64,000 bases of DNA from Harriotta raleighana (lineage: Eukaryota): the NCBI GenBank assembly GCA_050575255.1, contig JBNZDD010013687.1, forward strand, positions 1,651,595 through 1,715,594, in the 5' to 3' direction. Shown here in pieces: positions 12,044-26,125 of the stretch; positions within the stretch are counted from its first letter, which is position 1; each line of letters opens with the position of its first letter. The position numbers were made by a program, and so were the translations under genes. A model generated the notes under the pieces. That model was given only the letters and a program-made list of their open reading frames with translations. It had not been told where the DNA came from and did not search any database.

Positions 12044-15000
12044 TGGGGGGTTTTACTGGATAGTCATCATGATAAGGAACAGGGGTGCAAGATTCTTACA
12101 CCCCTTCTAGTGCTCCGGATAAAATCAGCTTACTGAGCACAGGCAGGGAATCAAAACTCCTACCTTCTAAAGGATCAGTAAGGTTTTTTTTGGGCATAAG
12201 CATTAGACTACCAAGATGGGCAATTACTTCCATTACAAAATCCACTAATCCCAATATAAACTGATTTTTATTTTCCTCGTGTTTATGAAAAACGAACATC
12301 GAAACAACTATAGAAAAAGGATGTGAGCACATTTGGAGACTGGTAGCTTGAAGCAGTCCCTTTAACTTCAGTTTAAGGAAAATCATGTGTAGATCTGTGC
12401 GCACAAGTCTAGTGATTTTATATCCTCTTGTCAAACCTCTGCAGTTTTATTTGTAGTGATACATGAAGGAGAAGGTTGGAGGTTAAAGTTGACATTCAGG
12501 CCAACAGGAAAGCAGACAAACCAGATTCAGAAGGTTACGACGATTAGTACATTAAGACTTGTCGGCAACTATTACTAACTGAAAGTCCATTTTGTGCAAT
12601 GGGCAGCTTACAAAATGATACTGAATGTTCCAATCGCAAGCTGTAATTAGCTGACCTCTTGTTTCAACAAAGTCAGCAGTTTAACCTTCTGAGCACTAAG
12701 ACATCTTCATGCTTTTATTTAATATGACAACTTCTTGACAAGGTAATGAAACAAAAACTAGTTGAAGAGGGATATAGTCGGAGTAGTTCATTTGTTTAAT
12801 GCCTTTTAATCAGGCTCGATATGTATGACTCTCATCAGTGAGAAGCAATGTTTCATTAAATATAAATCTTGCACTGAAAGGAGAGAGATCAAATTGAAAA
12901 TAGGGAGAGTGTATTAAATCTTTGCAAAAAAATGACTAACTAAATGACAACACTTTTTTTTAAAAAAGAGATGGTTATGGTGCCTTTAATAAGACTGGGT
13001 AAAAAGGACAGTCTCACAAGACCTTGCAGTTTGTGTATTTCTCCATGACAACAAACTGGCCAGCGTAATTGATTGCTGTGCACTGAGGTGAAGGCAAACA
13101 GTGCTAACAAACCTACACAGGAAAGGACAAGGTTGTGGAAGGGACATCGGGCTCTAAAACAAGAATAAGTCAGGGTTATTTATAAACAACAGACTGTGCT
13201 GTCTACAAGCTTGCCAACAGCAATACCATTCAAACCACACCAAAGCAGTTGACTATCAATTAGTCTGACTTGAAGGTGCTCCATAGCTAAGAGCAACAAA
13301 GAAAAAGGGGGGGTGGAAAAGCACATCTTCGACTTTTTGTTGAATTATTTATAAGAAATAAAAACAAAAAGGTGTCGCAGATCAGGTTTTCTGTGTCATA
13401 AGCAGCAATAAATTTAAGAAATCAACTTATTTTATATCTTTTTAATAGCATCCTAATTCCACACCTATTCCACAAGATTTTATTCCTTTAACAGGATTTC
13501 TGGACAAAGTTCAATATAAAGACATTCCTGGGCTTATCTGCAGAACAGTGCATGGATTAAACTTTAATTAAATATATTTTACTGTAAAGCCTTCAAAGAT
13601 CTAAAATGGAGCATTGCATTATATTACTCCTGGCAGTTCTTTGAATCACGCATGAATGCTCATTTTTAACCTTCAGTGTACCATTGAAGGATCATCTACT
13701 GAGAGACTTGCACTTTCTCTTTCCCCTTGCCCTGTAATTAAGGCTTTTAATGCATTTCACTGTCAGTTACTACAAAGCTAACTCTGTATGTGTACATAAA
13801 ATGGACCACTTAAGAGTTTTACTTGAGAAATCTTTGAATGTGTTAAAATACAATTTTTTCCCTGGGAAAAAAATTCCAAAGAAGGTTGCTGATTTAAAAT
13901 GAAAAGCAGGTGTTAAAAGATTTCTTCCTGGTGCTGTATAGAATTTTATTTTGACTACCAATACCTTATAAAGTTAAAAACTTAACACGGATATAATGGA
14001 GCTACTCATTCTATTAACTTCTGACAACATTTTTGCAATTTCAAAGTAAGTTATTTAAAAAAAAGAAGTATGCTGAAATAAATCCAGACTCTTCAGACAT
14101 TACAAAGTACTAGCAAACACACTGTGCAGTATGCCATACTGACTTACTGCTTGTGAACAAAAAGGAAATTCAGACAGATAAGAGAAATCATCACCTTATG
14201 CATGTTCAATTTGAATTTTAGAGACATAGCTATATTTTAAAAACCAATGGATACATTCAACAAACCAAATACACAAATGTCATTGATTTGTTTGAAGTAC
14301 AAAGCTCATATCTACAAAGAAAAACAGTACTTTAATAACATGGATTATATTGGGCTTATGACTCCATTTGAGTACAGTTCATTTAGTTAGATTAAAAAAT
14401 GAATAATTGATTTGTGCACAGTCTGACAGACAGACCAGTTTATTTGGCTTGGCTCTACTAATTAAAGACTGCACAGCTTATCTGTGAGGCGAGTTTCATT
14501 GCAAAACAATCTTTTCTAATAACTAATTAATTGAGACAATGCATTTTATCCATGGTAATTGTTATGCTTTTTGTAAAATTACCAGTTAATTCATTTTGAT
14601 CTCTTCCAAGAGTATTTCTAAAATCATAAATGTAAGTTTCCCTAAAATTTTCTGCATGTTCATTTAGAAATCACGATTATTATTTTTTGGAAGGTGGGGC
14701 AGCGGGGGAGGTTAAGGCTATTTCTTCAATTCTAAAGTATAAATCAGATGCATTAAAAAAACACATTTGCCATTTTTGCCTAAAATATGAAAGATGCAGT
14801 CAGAAAACTGAAAACCAAAAAGGTTTTTCAGGGCTCAAAGCGATCACGGTCAGTCAGTCAAATGATAATGGAAATGCACAAAAATATCAGAGGAATAGGA
14901 TTGCCTGCCGCTCCATCATGAAATTCTTCTGATATGTTTGTATATAGGAGGTGGGATGAGGGTTTGTACATGTGCTCTGCCAACAAAGACAACGGACATT

Positions 15001-17314
15001 CCACAATTCACCATGTCTGTCTCAAATAGCTGAAAAGCTTACTCTGCCCAAGACATTATGCACGTAATAATTTAGAAGCAACACAAAAGTCTAAGCAAAT
15101 GATTCACATTGGCCACTGCATGCAGACATTATCAGTAAATTTAACATATTAAGAAAAACTCCACAGATATTCTATCACAGATCAAAATATTAAATCTTTT
15201 AACCTGTTTCAGACAGATACGTTGCACAAGCAGTGCATGATAAACACCCTTGTTTTGTACTAGATGCTTACGGGATATACATTTTTTTTTAAATCAAAAC
15301 ATTTTTGCTGCATTTTTCATCTAGGTAAAATTCAGTTCACAAGCAATTCAGACAGTAAAGCTATACTACATTAGTCACCTCCAGACAGGATCCAACAACA
15401 ATGATAAATACTGCTGATCTTTCCATCAAATGGGAGCTCGAAAGTCACCACTGAACAAACAGAACACTATGCATCTAAAGTCATAAATTTCTAAAAGCTG
15501 ACAAAAAAATATTGCAAGTTAATTCTTCAGGCTCCAGAATAAAATTCATGCAGTTTGCACACTTTTGTCTTGGGGTAAAAAAAATGTTGATGCATGGATT
15601 CACATGAGTGGTGATTTGCTGTTTAGCTGCTGAACTAAAGTAATACAGCTATGCTCAGTAAGTGTCATTCTAGCCAGCAACAGAGGCTGAATTACCTGGG
15701 CTTTGATGTGCGTTTTACTGTAAGTGTCTTGATATTCTGTTTCACACTATTATTTTTTTCCCTCCACCTTAATTCTTCTAGGTTCAAACTCAATTTTTAA
15801 GATACAAATGCGTGAACTTTATTATCACTAAATCCTTGGATTGGGTAACATCTAAAACCAAGCAACAGGGAAGAGACAAAAAAAATCTTACGATCAAGTC
15901 CGTGAACTATTACCCTTTTCCCTCTGCCATCAATATCCATAATTACAAAATACCAACAACTCCACATAGCTAATGCTTTCCAGTCACCAGGGGTAATTGG
16001 TGGCATTGTTTCCACTTACAGTACTTTGAAAATCTCATTTGTCACGTAAATCTTAAATGTGAAGATAAAATTGGGTCCGGACCATGTATTTCAGCCATTT
16101 TGTGGCCTGTTTACCTGGAAGGATTGAATAGAGGAAGTACACTTAAAAAAAATGTAGGGTTCCAATACTTCCAGTAAAATAGCAATTTCTGGGACACTGA
16201 TGTGTGTTTTTGCATGGCTTCAGCAAACCATCAAAGCTGAGACTCTGATGCACAATTTTCGTGGTTTGGATCAAGGCTTTCTCAGGACATTCGGAAATTC
16301 GATTTTTATAAAAATTAAATGTTATTCACATGGATGCGAGATCCATTTATTATAATAAAAAGGGATTGTGGGAAGCTCCGGGGCAGTCAAACAGATTCTC
16401 TGAGAGCTAGAAATGATGGGAACAAGACAAAGTGATTCACACAAGCCAAGTGTATACTGTAGAGGGTGAATAAATGACACCACCAGGCTTCAGCACACTT
16501 GTGCAGCTCTGGTCTACATTTGCACTGTATATTCTGCCAGAAATAAAGCAGAATTGTTGCCAAAAGTGTAGCATAAACGAAGCATCGCAAAAGCAATACT
16601 ATTATCTTTGAAAATAACATTTTTGACCAGTATAATATACTTGTATGCAGCCTCAAGGCTTCTTGTTTACGTTCTATATCTTGCTCACTCTTTGATACAG
16701 GTGATGAAGATAGCGGTTTTTGACACTGGCTGATGGAGCTCTTCATCCTCCATAGTCAGGGCCTAATCAACATTGATTTTGGGTGATAGCCCCCGCACGG
16801 CCAGGCAACATCTAACACACCACAAAGCGCCTGTATACTGTGGGCTGGACATTCTGCAACCCCACCCGCCTTCCCCCGAGTAACTAAGATAACAAAATCA
16901 CTACTTGAGGACACCAAACGCCTGTTCCATGATGGATAGCATTGCTTTGTCCCTGGCTGGATCTCTGCTTTGTTTCATGGGGTCAAGAGCCATCAATTCC
17001 GAACACAGCCCTGATCCTCCAAAGCCTACCTTGCAGTCAGTTCAAACAACACAAGCACACAATGCAGCCAAAGATTGAAGAAATTCAGTGTTGACTCCAG
17101 GTACTGTGCCTTCACCTGGGTGATCCTTCTTTGAACACTTCAATATTAAAAGGAGTAGGTTGATACACTATTTAACTGACTTTTGGCATCTGACACTTCA
17201 TACATAAACTCTGAGGTAGTTTCTTTTAAGTCTTCCCCCACACCCCCCATTTTCAAAGCTCATCTCAGGACATGTCTCATTGACCATGCTTTTGGACATC
17301 TCTCGCTTTAAGGC

Positions 17315-17403
17315 TCTGGTGCCCAGCCAGCAATGTAAAATGCTCAGAGATTTCCTTCCGATGTGAAACGCACTGTATAAATGTAAATTGTATGGTAGTT
17401 GTA
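17315..17403 (+). mobile_element. Degenerate L2 3' tail
   Basis: ccttccgatgtgaaacgcactgtataaatgtaaattgtatggtagttg resembles the L2 tail at 20970-21030. Confidence 0.5.
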
Positions 17404-20369
17404 TACAATTACAGTTTGTTGCACTTATGCAAAAGCCCTGGAGTCTTCCTGGCTCCTGGAATAGGGTCTCAGTTGCCTTCTGAATACAGGTGCATACTGT
17501 ACCTTGTCCATGTCCCAGATACATCACCTCCTAGTATTTTGAATAACCCAGTGGACAAAGTTGATAGCTGCTGTCATTTTTTACTACCACTTCAGTTAGT
17601 CACTGAAGATCCCTTTACTACAACCTCTCTAAACAGCCCAAACCTCCATGTGCACTGCTCCCAATAGACCTATAAATCCTTATCCTAGGATAGGGTCATC
17701 TTCAGTTTGTCCTTGTTTGCCTCTCACCTCTCTTTAGTCCTATTCCCTTTTTAATAGGATGCTGACTGCAACAATGCCAGAGATAGCAGGCTTCATCCAT
17801 AAATATCAGTACCTTCCACTTTATGGCTATGACGTAGAATGCCACATAATTATTTAGCATTAATATTTTGCAGCACAACTATCCAATGATCTTTAATAAT
17901 CGCAAACATTTTTTGAAAACAGTGACATTAATGACTTAACACTCTGTAAAACCTAGGTCAGAAAATCAAATAAAAGTAAATAGTGTTCAGTACATCCAAT
18001 GCCTGGATTGACATAAACTGAAATGGCAAAAGGGTAGTGTTATAACCGCTGCCAAGCCAAATATAAGCACCATAACTTTTTATGAATCATGACAAAAACA
18101 TGAACATAGATTTCATTTTATACACTTTCATCACTTGGCAATGCCACACAACTGTGACCTCAGCTATTTTAGACAAATACACAAGATGAATTTAATCTAG
18201 CCCACATAAAGGCTCTCATTTGATCTCACTTATGTCGCATTTCACTCTTAACCTCCACTTTTCTCATCATAGCTTCACACTAGTTTGTACTTGTACTTTA
18301 TACTGCAGAGGTGATATATTATATGCCCAAATCAACCTAACTTCTTATGTACCATTAGTAAGCTTTACATCAGTTGCAGAAATGTCAATTCTCAACACAG
18401 AACTAATTTTCTGCAACATTGAAACTATCACTTTAGAAATGATTGAGCACAACAAAATAAATTGTTGGCATTTATACTACACTACTTAATAATATTTTCA
18501 AATCAACCTTTTCAAATTAAAGTATTTATTGACACATTAATGTTAAACATCCATTGAAAAGCAGCCAAATCATCATTTCATATCTTAGCAAAAGGAAATG
18601 CAAATCAAAAATGCAAGTTGCTTACAGAATTAACAAAATACAATTTGATTTTGTGCCTTCCTTCAAAAATGATTGTCAAATTCAGATAGGCATATTGCAG
18701 TAACACGATATGAAAATGGTTAAAAAGCCAGTATGCCTTGTGTTTAACAACATTTCACAATCAATTTAACTTGTCTTTAATGTAAACATAGGTGCATAAT
18801 GTTATACCAAATGAATGGATCACACACAGTCAAAATAAACTTCTATCCTTTTTTGCAGACTGCGCATTAGTCATCCTACTCTATTTGAAGTAACTAGTTT
18901 AAGTCAGAGTACTGACAATTCCCTACTTCAATGCCTGTGTCTATAGGCATTAGACTAATTGAGACCAACATCTGAAATAAATTACTCATTTGGACAAAAC
19001 ACTGCAGAATAAGAAACAGGTATGGAGGCATTGAACTGCAGCTCATTCCAAATTCAGCAGCCTGCAATATAAAAAAAGATTTTATATTACTGAGTGTTTA
19101 TATGCTTGAGTGTTTTTGGACCAAAAAGAACAAGAATTCAGATACAGTATGTGCTATTGGCAGCACAGAAATAGAAATGATCCCTCTCCCCATCACAAAT
19201 ACGCAGATCAACACTTTAATTAACAATGGATTCTGATATTGGGGAAACTGGTACTAGATAAAGTCATGAAGACTCTTGTTAATGTGAACACCTAAGTGTT
19301 GGGGAGGGGGGGTTAGTTTACTAACTCCAGAAAAGTACATGACCAATTGTAAAGATGCAACACACCAAACTATTTTGTCCACTTGTACTTGCACAAAAAC
19401 AAGTTTGCCCTTTGTAATAAAAGAGCAATCAATGAAAAGGGAAACAGTAGCTTGATTAGAATCAACAAGAATGGAAGCTTGAAAAAAGTGAAAGTACAAA
19501 ACCAAAAAGGTACAGATACACTTATAGTAGCATTAAATAAAAGCTTACTAAAGTATGTCATTGACTCAATAATGACAGTTTTTATAATCAATGTCATAGA
19601 ATGGAGACACTCCAAACAGTTTTAAGTCCATGTGTATACATACACTCAATGGCTCACTAATTGTAAAACAAACTTTTGTGTTCCTAATCTGGAACTAAAA
19701 GTAGAGAAGCCAACATATGTCTAGCTACTAAATATTTTCTCACCCATTTCCACAATGTTAATAACTGGATTTTATTGATATTCTCCCATTCTTCTATTCT
19801 AAATATAAGGTGACTTTAGGAAGGGTTGCAAATGAGTTAAAACTTGCAAACTTCACTGTGAAAAGTTTTCCGATGCAGAAAGAATGAGATCTTTACAGTA
19901 AAAGGAACTCTATTTGAAAAGCTGACAAATAATAAAATTAGGTGAAAGAAATATTGATTGGAAAGGTAGTAAGAACACACTGGATGTAAGTAAGTACAGA
20001 TGACTCCAAAACAGAAACCTTGTATGTTTATCTCTGTCATCTGATGTTATTTGTTTTGATGAATTATGTTTCTGTGTGGCAAAAGAGCTGAAGGAACACC
20101 AAATACAAAATACTGTATATGTAGATTTATCTGTAGTGGAATCAGAATGCTGAATTCACCATTACCAATTGGTTTGTGTATGGCACTAGCCTTACATATC
20201 ATTGTGGAATCATTCTTTTAAAAAAAACATCATTCAGTGTGTGACATTATATTCATGTTTCACCACCTCAATAAAATTGAGGAGGACAGCATATCTTTGT
20301 AATGTTGACTTCCAACATTTACTGTAAATCACATGCCCTTAATCTACACTTCACCTCACTGAGTCAATC

Positions 20370-21030
20370 TTTAACTTTGGCATCTTGTTTGACCCTCAAC
20401 CTTTCTACTCCACATCCTTGTCATGACCTGTTCTGCCTTCCCCCAACTCCTGAACACCACCCAGCTCCACCACTGTCTCACACTACAGGCTGCCGAGACC
20501 CTCATAACATCCAGTCTTGACTATGCAAACTCCCTGCTTGTCGGCCTCTCCAACTCCTCGCCCCATAGGCTGTGTCCTCTCCTACACCAAGCTATGTGAT
20601 CCTATCACCCCCTTCCTCGCTTTACTCCACTGACTTCCCATCACACAGAGGATACAGTTCAAGATTCTGGTCCTCACCTTCAAAGCCCTTTATGTCTTTG
20701 CTCTCCCTTACCGTTGTGACCTACTAACCATCTACCAACCTGCCTGCTCCCTCCGCTAAACTTCATGTTGCTACTTCACCTGCCCCCACCATCATCGGGT
20801 GGGCCTTCAGCCATTCTGCCCCCACCCTCTGGAACTTCATCCTAGAGTCCATCTGAGTTGCCCCTTCAAGACCCATTTCAAAACCATTCCGTTGGACCGT
20901 GCCTTCGATCATCCTCTCTCCCTCCTCCCCAATCTCAACTCCTATCTTGGGTCTAAAACACTGATTGTCCAGCACCTTGGGAGGTCCTCCCAATGTGAAA
21001 GGAGCTATACAAATGTAATCTTGTTGTTGT
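20370..21030 (+). mobile_element. L2 (CR1/L2 clade) LINE 3' fragment with a decayed ORF2 C-terminus
   Basis: Translates to PITPFLALLH*LPITQRIQFKILVLTFKAL...YQPACSLR, typical of the L2 ORF2 end; ends ggagctatacaaatgtaatc(ttg)n. Confidence 0.9.
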
Positions 21031-21859
21031 AGAATAGACTTTTAAATGCACAATCCAAAGTGCCATCATAAACAATTGTAAGCATACTCCTATTGTCCCC
21101 AAAGAACCAAAACTATTCAGATATATTCTTTTAAAGTGACCACTATACAAGTACACATCTGAAGTTCTTCAAACATTTTTCTTCAGATTACGATATAAAC
21201 CAATATTCTCTGTTTACATTATGTTTCATGAAAAAATAAATGGAAAAACTATGATATACCGTACACTAAATCCAATAGTTAAAAGTTCTACCCATTTTCT
21301 TGTAAATTATTGTAGTCCAGATTATACATCTGAATTTATTTACGTGTAAGCGTACACATATACACATATACTTCACTGCTCGACAAAATTAATCTTGCAG
21401 AGTCATACTAGTCCACTATTATAACAAAAATAGCCCTTTTAAATATTTTAACATCAATAATATTGCTATTTTCCATAAGCAAATATATTTTGGCCCAAGA
21501 GTTGTTTTCACATTCAGGAGAGAAAGAAACCCTACATAAAATATTTACAAGACAATACAGTTTTCCCGTGAAGATCAAAGGCAAACTGCACTGTAATCAC
21601 TATTAGAATGTTACAGCAATGATTTCTTATGAAAAGATACTTTCAGTAGCTTGTGGCTAATACCATTAAAAAAAGAAAAATTTAGAATTCATTTACATTT
21701 TTCAATGGTGATAGTCAATGATGCTTTAAATTCATCAATGATGGGTTGTTTAAAACTTTTAACTATGAATGGCTTTAAATGAAACCATACGAAAATGGCC
21801 AGGGTAATTTAATCTCTGTGAAAATTACCATTACCAAACAAGAACAATTTGAAATGAGA

Positions 21860-22130
21860 AGTAAGAAGGTCAATGCTGAACCATTTTGACAATTCCAAGT
21901 GGTCAATGATTATAACATACGACATTAGAAACCTTAACCTACCCACATGAGTGATAAATGAGGCATTTTGTGCCATTACATTCCCATAAATCACTTCAGT
22001 CAACTGCTGACGGCTTTTATCAGATATAACCTTTTCAAGCTTCTATTTGACTGCTAACATTTTCAACTTTGACACATGTGCAGTTTACAAATTCCGCAGC
22101 TGATTAACTCTGGACAGCAGTTGACTGCTT
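21860..22130. promoter_or_regulatory. Candidate enhancer with PBX-HOX sites
   Basis: TGATTTATGG (minus strand, 21984-21993), TGATAAATG (21952-21960) and flanking TGACA cores; motif content only. Confidence 0.35.
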
Positions 22131-23454
22131 CAAGGTGGTTAGAACTTCATATTCTCAAATGGATCTAAACATATCTTAAAAACAGTACCGATTCCAATCC
22201 CCCCTCCCCCTTTTCTTTCTCTCGACAAAATTCCTATCTGCTGCCTTTAAAATCATTGTGATTTCTTTTACAGTACATAACAGCAGCCAGCCTTCATAAT
22301 ATTCAATACACCAAAGAGATCTTGATTTTAGTCATGTGAATACTGTAAGCCTAGTACTTCAGATGACATTAGTTTTGATAAGGTCTAACTAGACATCAAA
22401 ACTAAGTAATGAAACCTGAGCAGACACACACACAGACAAGAGACGTAGGAAGATCAGCACAGACACTATTGCAACCGATAACCTCTTTATCATAGAAGCC
22501 ACATATTCAAAATTGTTGCACTGGGAACACTTCCCTATAGCATCAGTCCTCAAATCTCTTTCTACTGACATCTTTTGACATGCAGCTCATAAGGAATTTG
22601 CAAGCTGTGCAGTAATAATTTGACAATTGAGATGTAAATACTAAGATGTGAAGCATGAATTCTTGAAAAGAGTCCTCTTTATTACTTAAAACAAAGGACA
22701 CACATTTCCAGGGTCAACATCAAAGAGGATTGATAGATGATGACACACTGATCTCAGGCCACAGAAGGTAATCGAATGTTCACTGGATACATTAAAGTGG
22801 TCCGTTTGATGGTACGGAAAGGGACAACAGCAAATAACAAAGTGATTACAGCTGATAAAAATCTATAAAACATCTATTTACACATTTAAAATTCAGCTGC
22901 ATGTGAGGATAATTTTTATGCAATTCTGATGGTTAGTAAGATAGATAACTCAATTAGCAGGACATCTATCAAAATATTTGGATGCAAGAAAGGAAACCAA
23001 AAAGATTGATGGCTGAGAAAGTTCACTGATTTCCTTGTCGTAATATTCATGTATTGGACCCGATAGCATTTTTGTGCTGCCTTTCACAAGCAAAGCTTCA
23101 TTACCCATCACTCTACTGAAAGGAATTCATTCCGAGGCTACCATTTCCCCCAAAACTATTGTTTGAATGATGAATTCTGGGAGAATCTGTGCTTACAGCA
23201 TTAAGGAAATGAAGATTTTTTTCTGTTGAGCAAATATCTTCAACATTTCTAATCAGCCCTTATTTGACAGATTAAAATAAGGATCAATTAACCCTATTCT
23301 GTGACAGTAGGCGTTAGATCTCCTTAATTTGCATTAAAAAAAACAAGAAAATGGCCTTTATTTAACTGCTAGATAGATGCTAGCGTCTTTAGCTCTAACT
23401 AAGCATTTTGTTCCATTGGAACTTACATGTTTACATACATGTTTAAAATCAAAT

Positions 23455-23565
23455 ACCCATCTTTGCAATTTGTGGCTTTGACATAGCGCCTTTTCACGAT
23501 GTTGAGGCATCTCAAACCACTTCACATAGTATATTGTATAATGAATTGACAGCATATTTTGTGGG
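23455..23565 (-). mobile_element. Deu-type SINE 3' fragment
   Basis: atagcgccttttcacgatgttgaggcatctcaaaccacttcac...ttttgtggg. Confidence 0.7.
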
Positions 23566-23734
23566 AAAAATAAAATATAAATTAATTAATTAATTATGAT
23601 ATAAATGTAATTAACCAATGGAAAAAAACAGAATGATCCATCTAGAAAATCCTTTCCTTCACATTTTAGACCATTAAAAATTCCAATCTTTAAATCACAA
23701 AAGAATGGGAACAGTGGTTCAACAAGAGAATACC

Positions 23735-24718
23735 GGAGCCAAGTCGCTTAGTGGTTAGATCACTCACCCTTTAAGCAAGAGGACCAGTCTGACAGACAGG
23801 GCAAAACATTGATCCTTAATCTCCTAAATTTCCTTAATCTTAACCCTCTGTTTACCTAGCAGTAAGTAGGAACCCAGTTATTAGTTGATTGGCAGATTGC
23901 TTTTCCGGGGGGAATAATCTCTCAAAAAATGTGATCACTGAATCCACGACTGTTTGTGGGACAATGCTGTGAGCAACTGGCTGTTGCATTTCACCCACAA
24001 AATACAGTAAAAGCCCGTTTATCTGGCACCCGTGGGACCTGGCCAATACCTGTTAAACATTCGGATCCAACGCCGAAAACCCAACACAAATTATTATTTT
24101 TTAAAATTACATTTTTTAACACATACCATATTAATAGACTAAATAATAACATAATAATGGTCGATCCAACACCGAAAACCCAACAGAAAAAAAATTAACT
24201 TATTTTAATAAATGCCAGATTAATAATAGACTAAATAATAACAGATAATAATAGAATATTGTATGGGTACTTTATTGTAAATGTTGTGCAATGGACAATG
24301 TAAATAATAGACTAAATACACTAATAACATGTACTGTAATAATAGAATATTGTATTAGTACTTTATTATTTATACTTAACTTTTGCAATGACGGCCGCCA
24401 AGGGAGGAAAAAAAATGGCAGTGCGACTTTCAGGCTTTACTAGCGGCAAGCCGAAATACCTGTCCAGTATTACAGTACTCCCATGCGATAATCAATTCAT
24501 TAAATACGCCACTGCTATTCTGCTGGATAACTTCCGGTTAATCGGATGGGGACAGATTTTTTGACGTGCCGGTTAAACTGAAGTTCCGGTTCATTGAGTC
24601 ACGGATAACGGGCTTTTGCTGTTTAAAGTTCAATTCACTTCACAGAATATTCCACGAAGCTCTTTGAGACATCTCGAAGATGTGGTAAGGCGCTATATCA
24701 AATGCAAGGATTGTATTT
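23735..24718 (+). mobile_element. tRNA-headed Deu-type SINE interrupted by a MITE at 24005-24621
   Basis: A-box-like gtcgcttagtggttag; core tgtttgtgggacaatgctgtgagcaactggctg; tail aaggcgctatatcaaatgcaagg resumes after the MITE; collinear with 30355-30720. Confidence 0.85.
24005..24621 (-). mobile_element. Tigger/pogo-like MITE, subfamily B, with an internal ~100 bp duplication
   Basis: TA|CAGTAAAAGCCCGTTTATC ... GGATAACGGGCTTTTGCTG; gatccaac(g/a)ccgaaaacccaaca occurs at ~24064 and ~24163. Confidence 0.9.
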
Positions 24719-24994
24719 ACAAGAAAGACAGTATGATAGTTTGTATTATTATAATGATGACATTTTTCAGAAGGTAACATGCATAAAGGGGCAAGCACAC
24801 AGAACACTGCTTGTCCAGCTCGGACAATCCAACCTAAGCCTTTTCTCGCAGAGTTGAGGAACTTTTACGTCTGCCTTGGATTACTACACATCTCCTCCCA
24901 GCTAGTTCAGCCTCGGGGAGACCCCCTGCCTCTCCCTCTTTCTACCTCCCACCCAAGGATTATTTTTTAGCTTTTTTTTTAGCTTCCAGGTGAA

Positions 24995-25068
24995 GAGGCT
25001 GAGTGAGTTTAGTGGAATTTGAACCCATAACCTTCTGGTCCCAATTTTGGTACTTTAACCAACTGGGT
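24995..25068 (-). mobile_element. Degenerate tRNA-derived SINE head
   Basis: ggaatttgaacccataacc...tactttaaccaactgggt gives B-box and A-box-like motifs on the minus strand. Confidence 0.4.
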
Positions 25069-25272
25069 ATGTCGAAATATGCACATTTACCACTGAACGC
25101 ATTATTCAAAATCATTTTGCTTCATGACATCATTATTTTTCCTACATTGCTATTAAATATTAAATAAATATTTTTAAATACTCAAAACATTTACATATTT
25201 GAGAATTCTTAGGTTCACTTATCTTCATGTAGCGAATCCAGCACAGAGTCTTTCCTTCATTTTGTTTCCAAT

Positions 25273-25460
25273 CTGGGACACTGCTGTGCGCAATTTGGCT
25301 GCCGCGTTTCGCCCACAAATATACAGTCAGTTTTTCCTGCTTTTCTTCCCCCGACCCCTCCCCCCACTTGACTGTACAGCGCCTTGGGACGTCCTCCTGA
25401 CGTGAAAGGCGCTATATAAATATAATATATAAATAAATAAAATAAATATAAAATAAATCT
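25273..25460 (+). mobile_element. SINE core fragment followed by an L2 3' tail with an intact stem-loop
   Basis: gggacactgctgtgcgcaatttggctgccgcgtttcgcccac then cagcgccttgggacgtcctcctgacgtgaaaggcgctatataaat and an AT-rich tail. Confidence 0.8.
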
Positions 25461-26125
25461 TTCATACCCATGAAAATTAGAGGTAGATAATTAGCATTTT
25501 AGGATATATCTTGCTTAACCTAGGCTGCAGGTTGAAGGCTATGTATATTCACCATCACAATAGAGTTGCTGGAGGTATGGGAACAAAAAAAGTAGAGGTG
25601 ATAAATGTTGATTAGACAATTTGAAAATTAATGAATGTGAAACATTTATGTAAAGCATTACAAGATAGGGCGCTGGGAAACATTTAATTTCAAAGATTTT
25701 GGTCTGATGATCACGAATATACTTTAATAATAATTCCAGTAATGTCAATACTAGTAACTGAAGTATATTGAAAGTAAATATCAAAGCTGCAATAAAACTG
25801 CTAAAATAGCAATGTCTGCTGAAAATAATAAATATTAAAAGGTGTAAGTAATACAGATAGCAATAAGTATGGTTCATTAGCGATTAAGCCTTGGAAACAA
25901 TATTGGCTCCAGTCTATGAAACGCTCACAAAATTCCTTTGCTTTATATGCTTCTTATGCCTTCTAAAACCTCTTAAAAGTTTCTTTGGCTATGCTTTTGA
26001 TCAATATCCCCAAATTCCCCATTCTTCGTCATTCCTATCTTTTTTACTAAGTGTATTGAGACGATCATTCTACGTGAATGGATTTATAGAAATGCTGGTT
26101 GCAGTCTTTTAATGGGAGTAACAGA

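Noticed and set aside
16387-16746. 119 aa minus-strand ORF with a charged stretch (SKSEQDIERKQEALRL)
   Set aside because: Not CDIN1-like, no good acceptor, remainder looks like random intron translation
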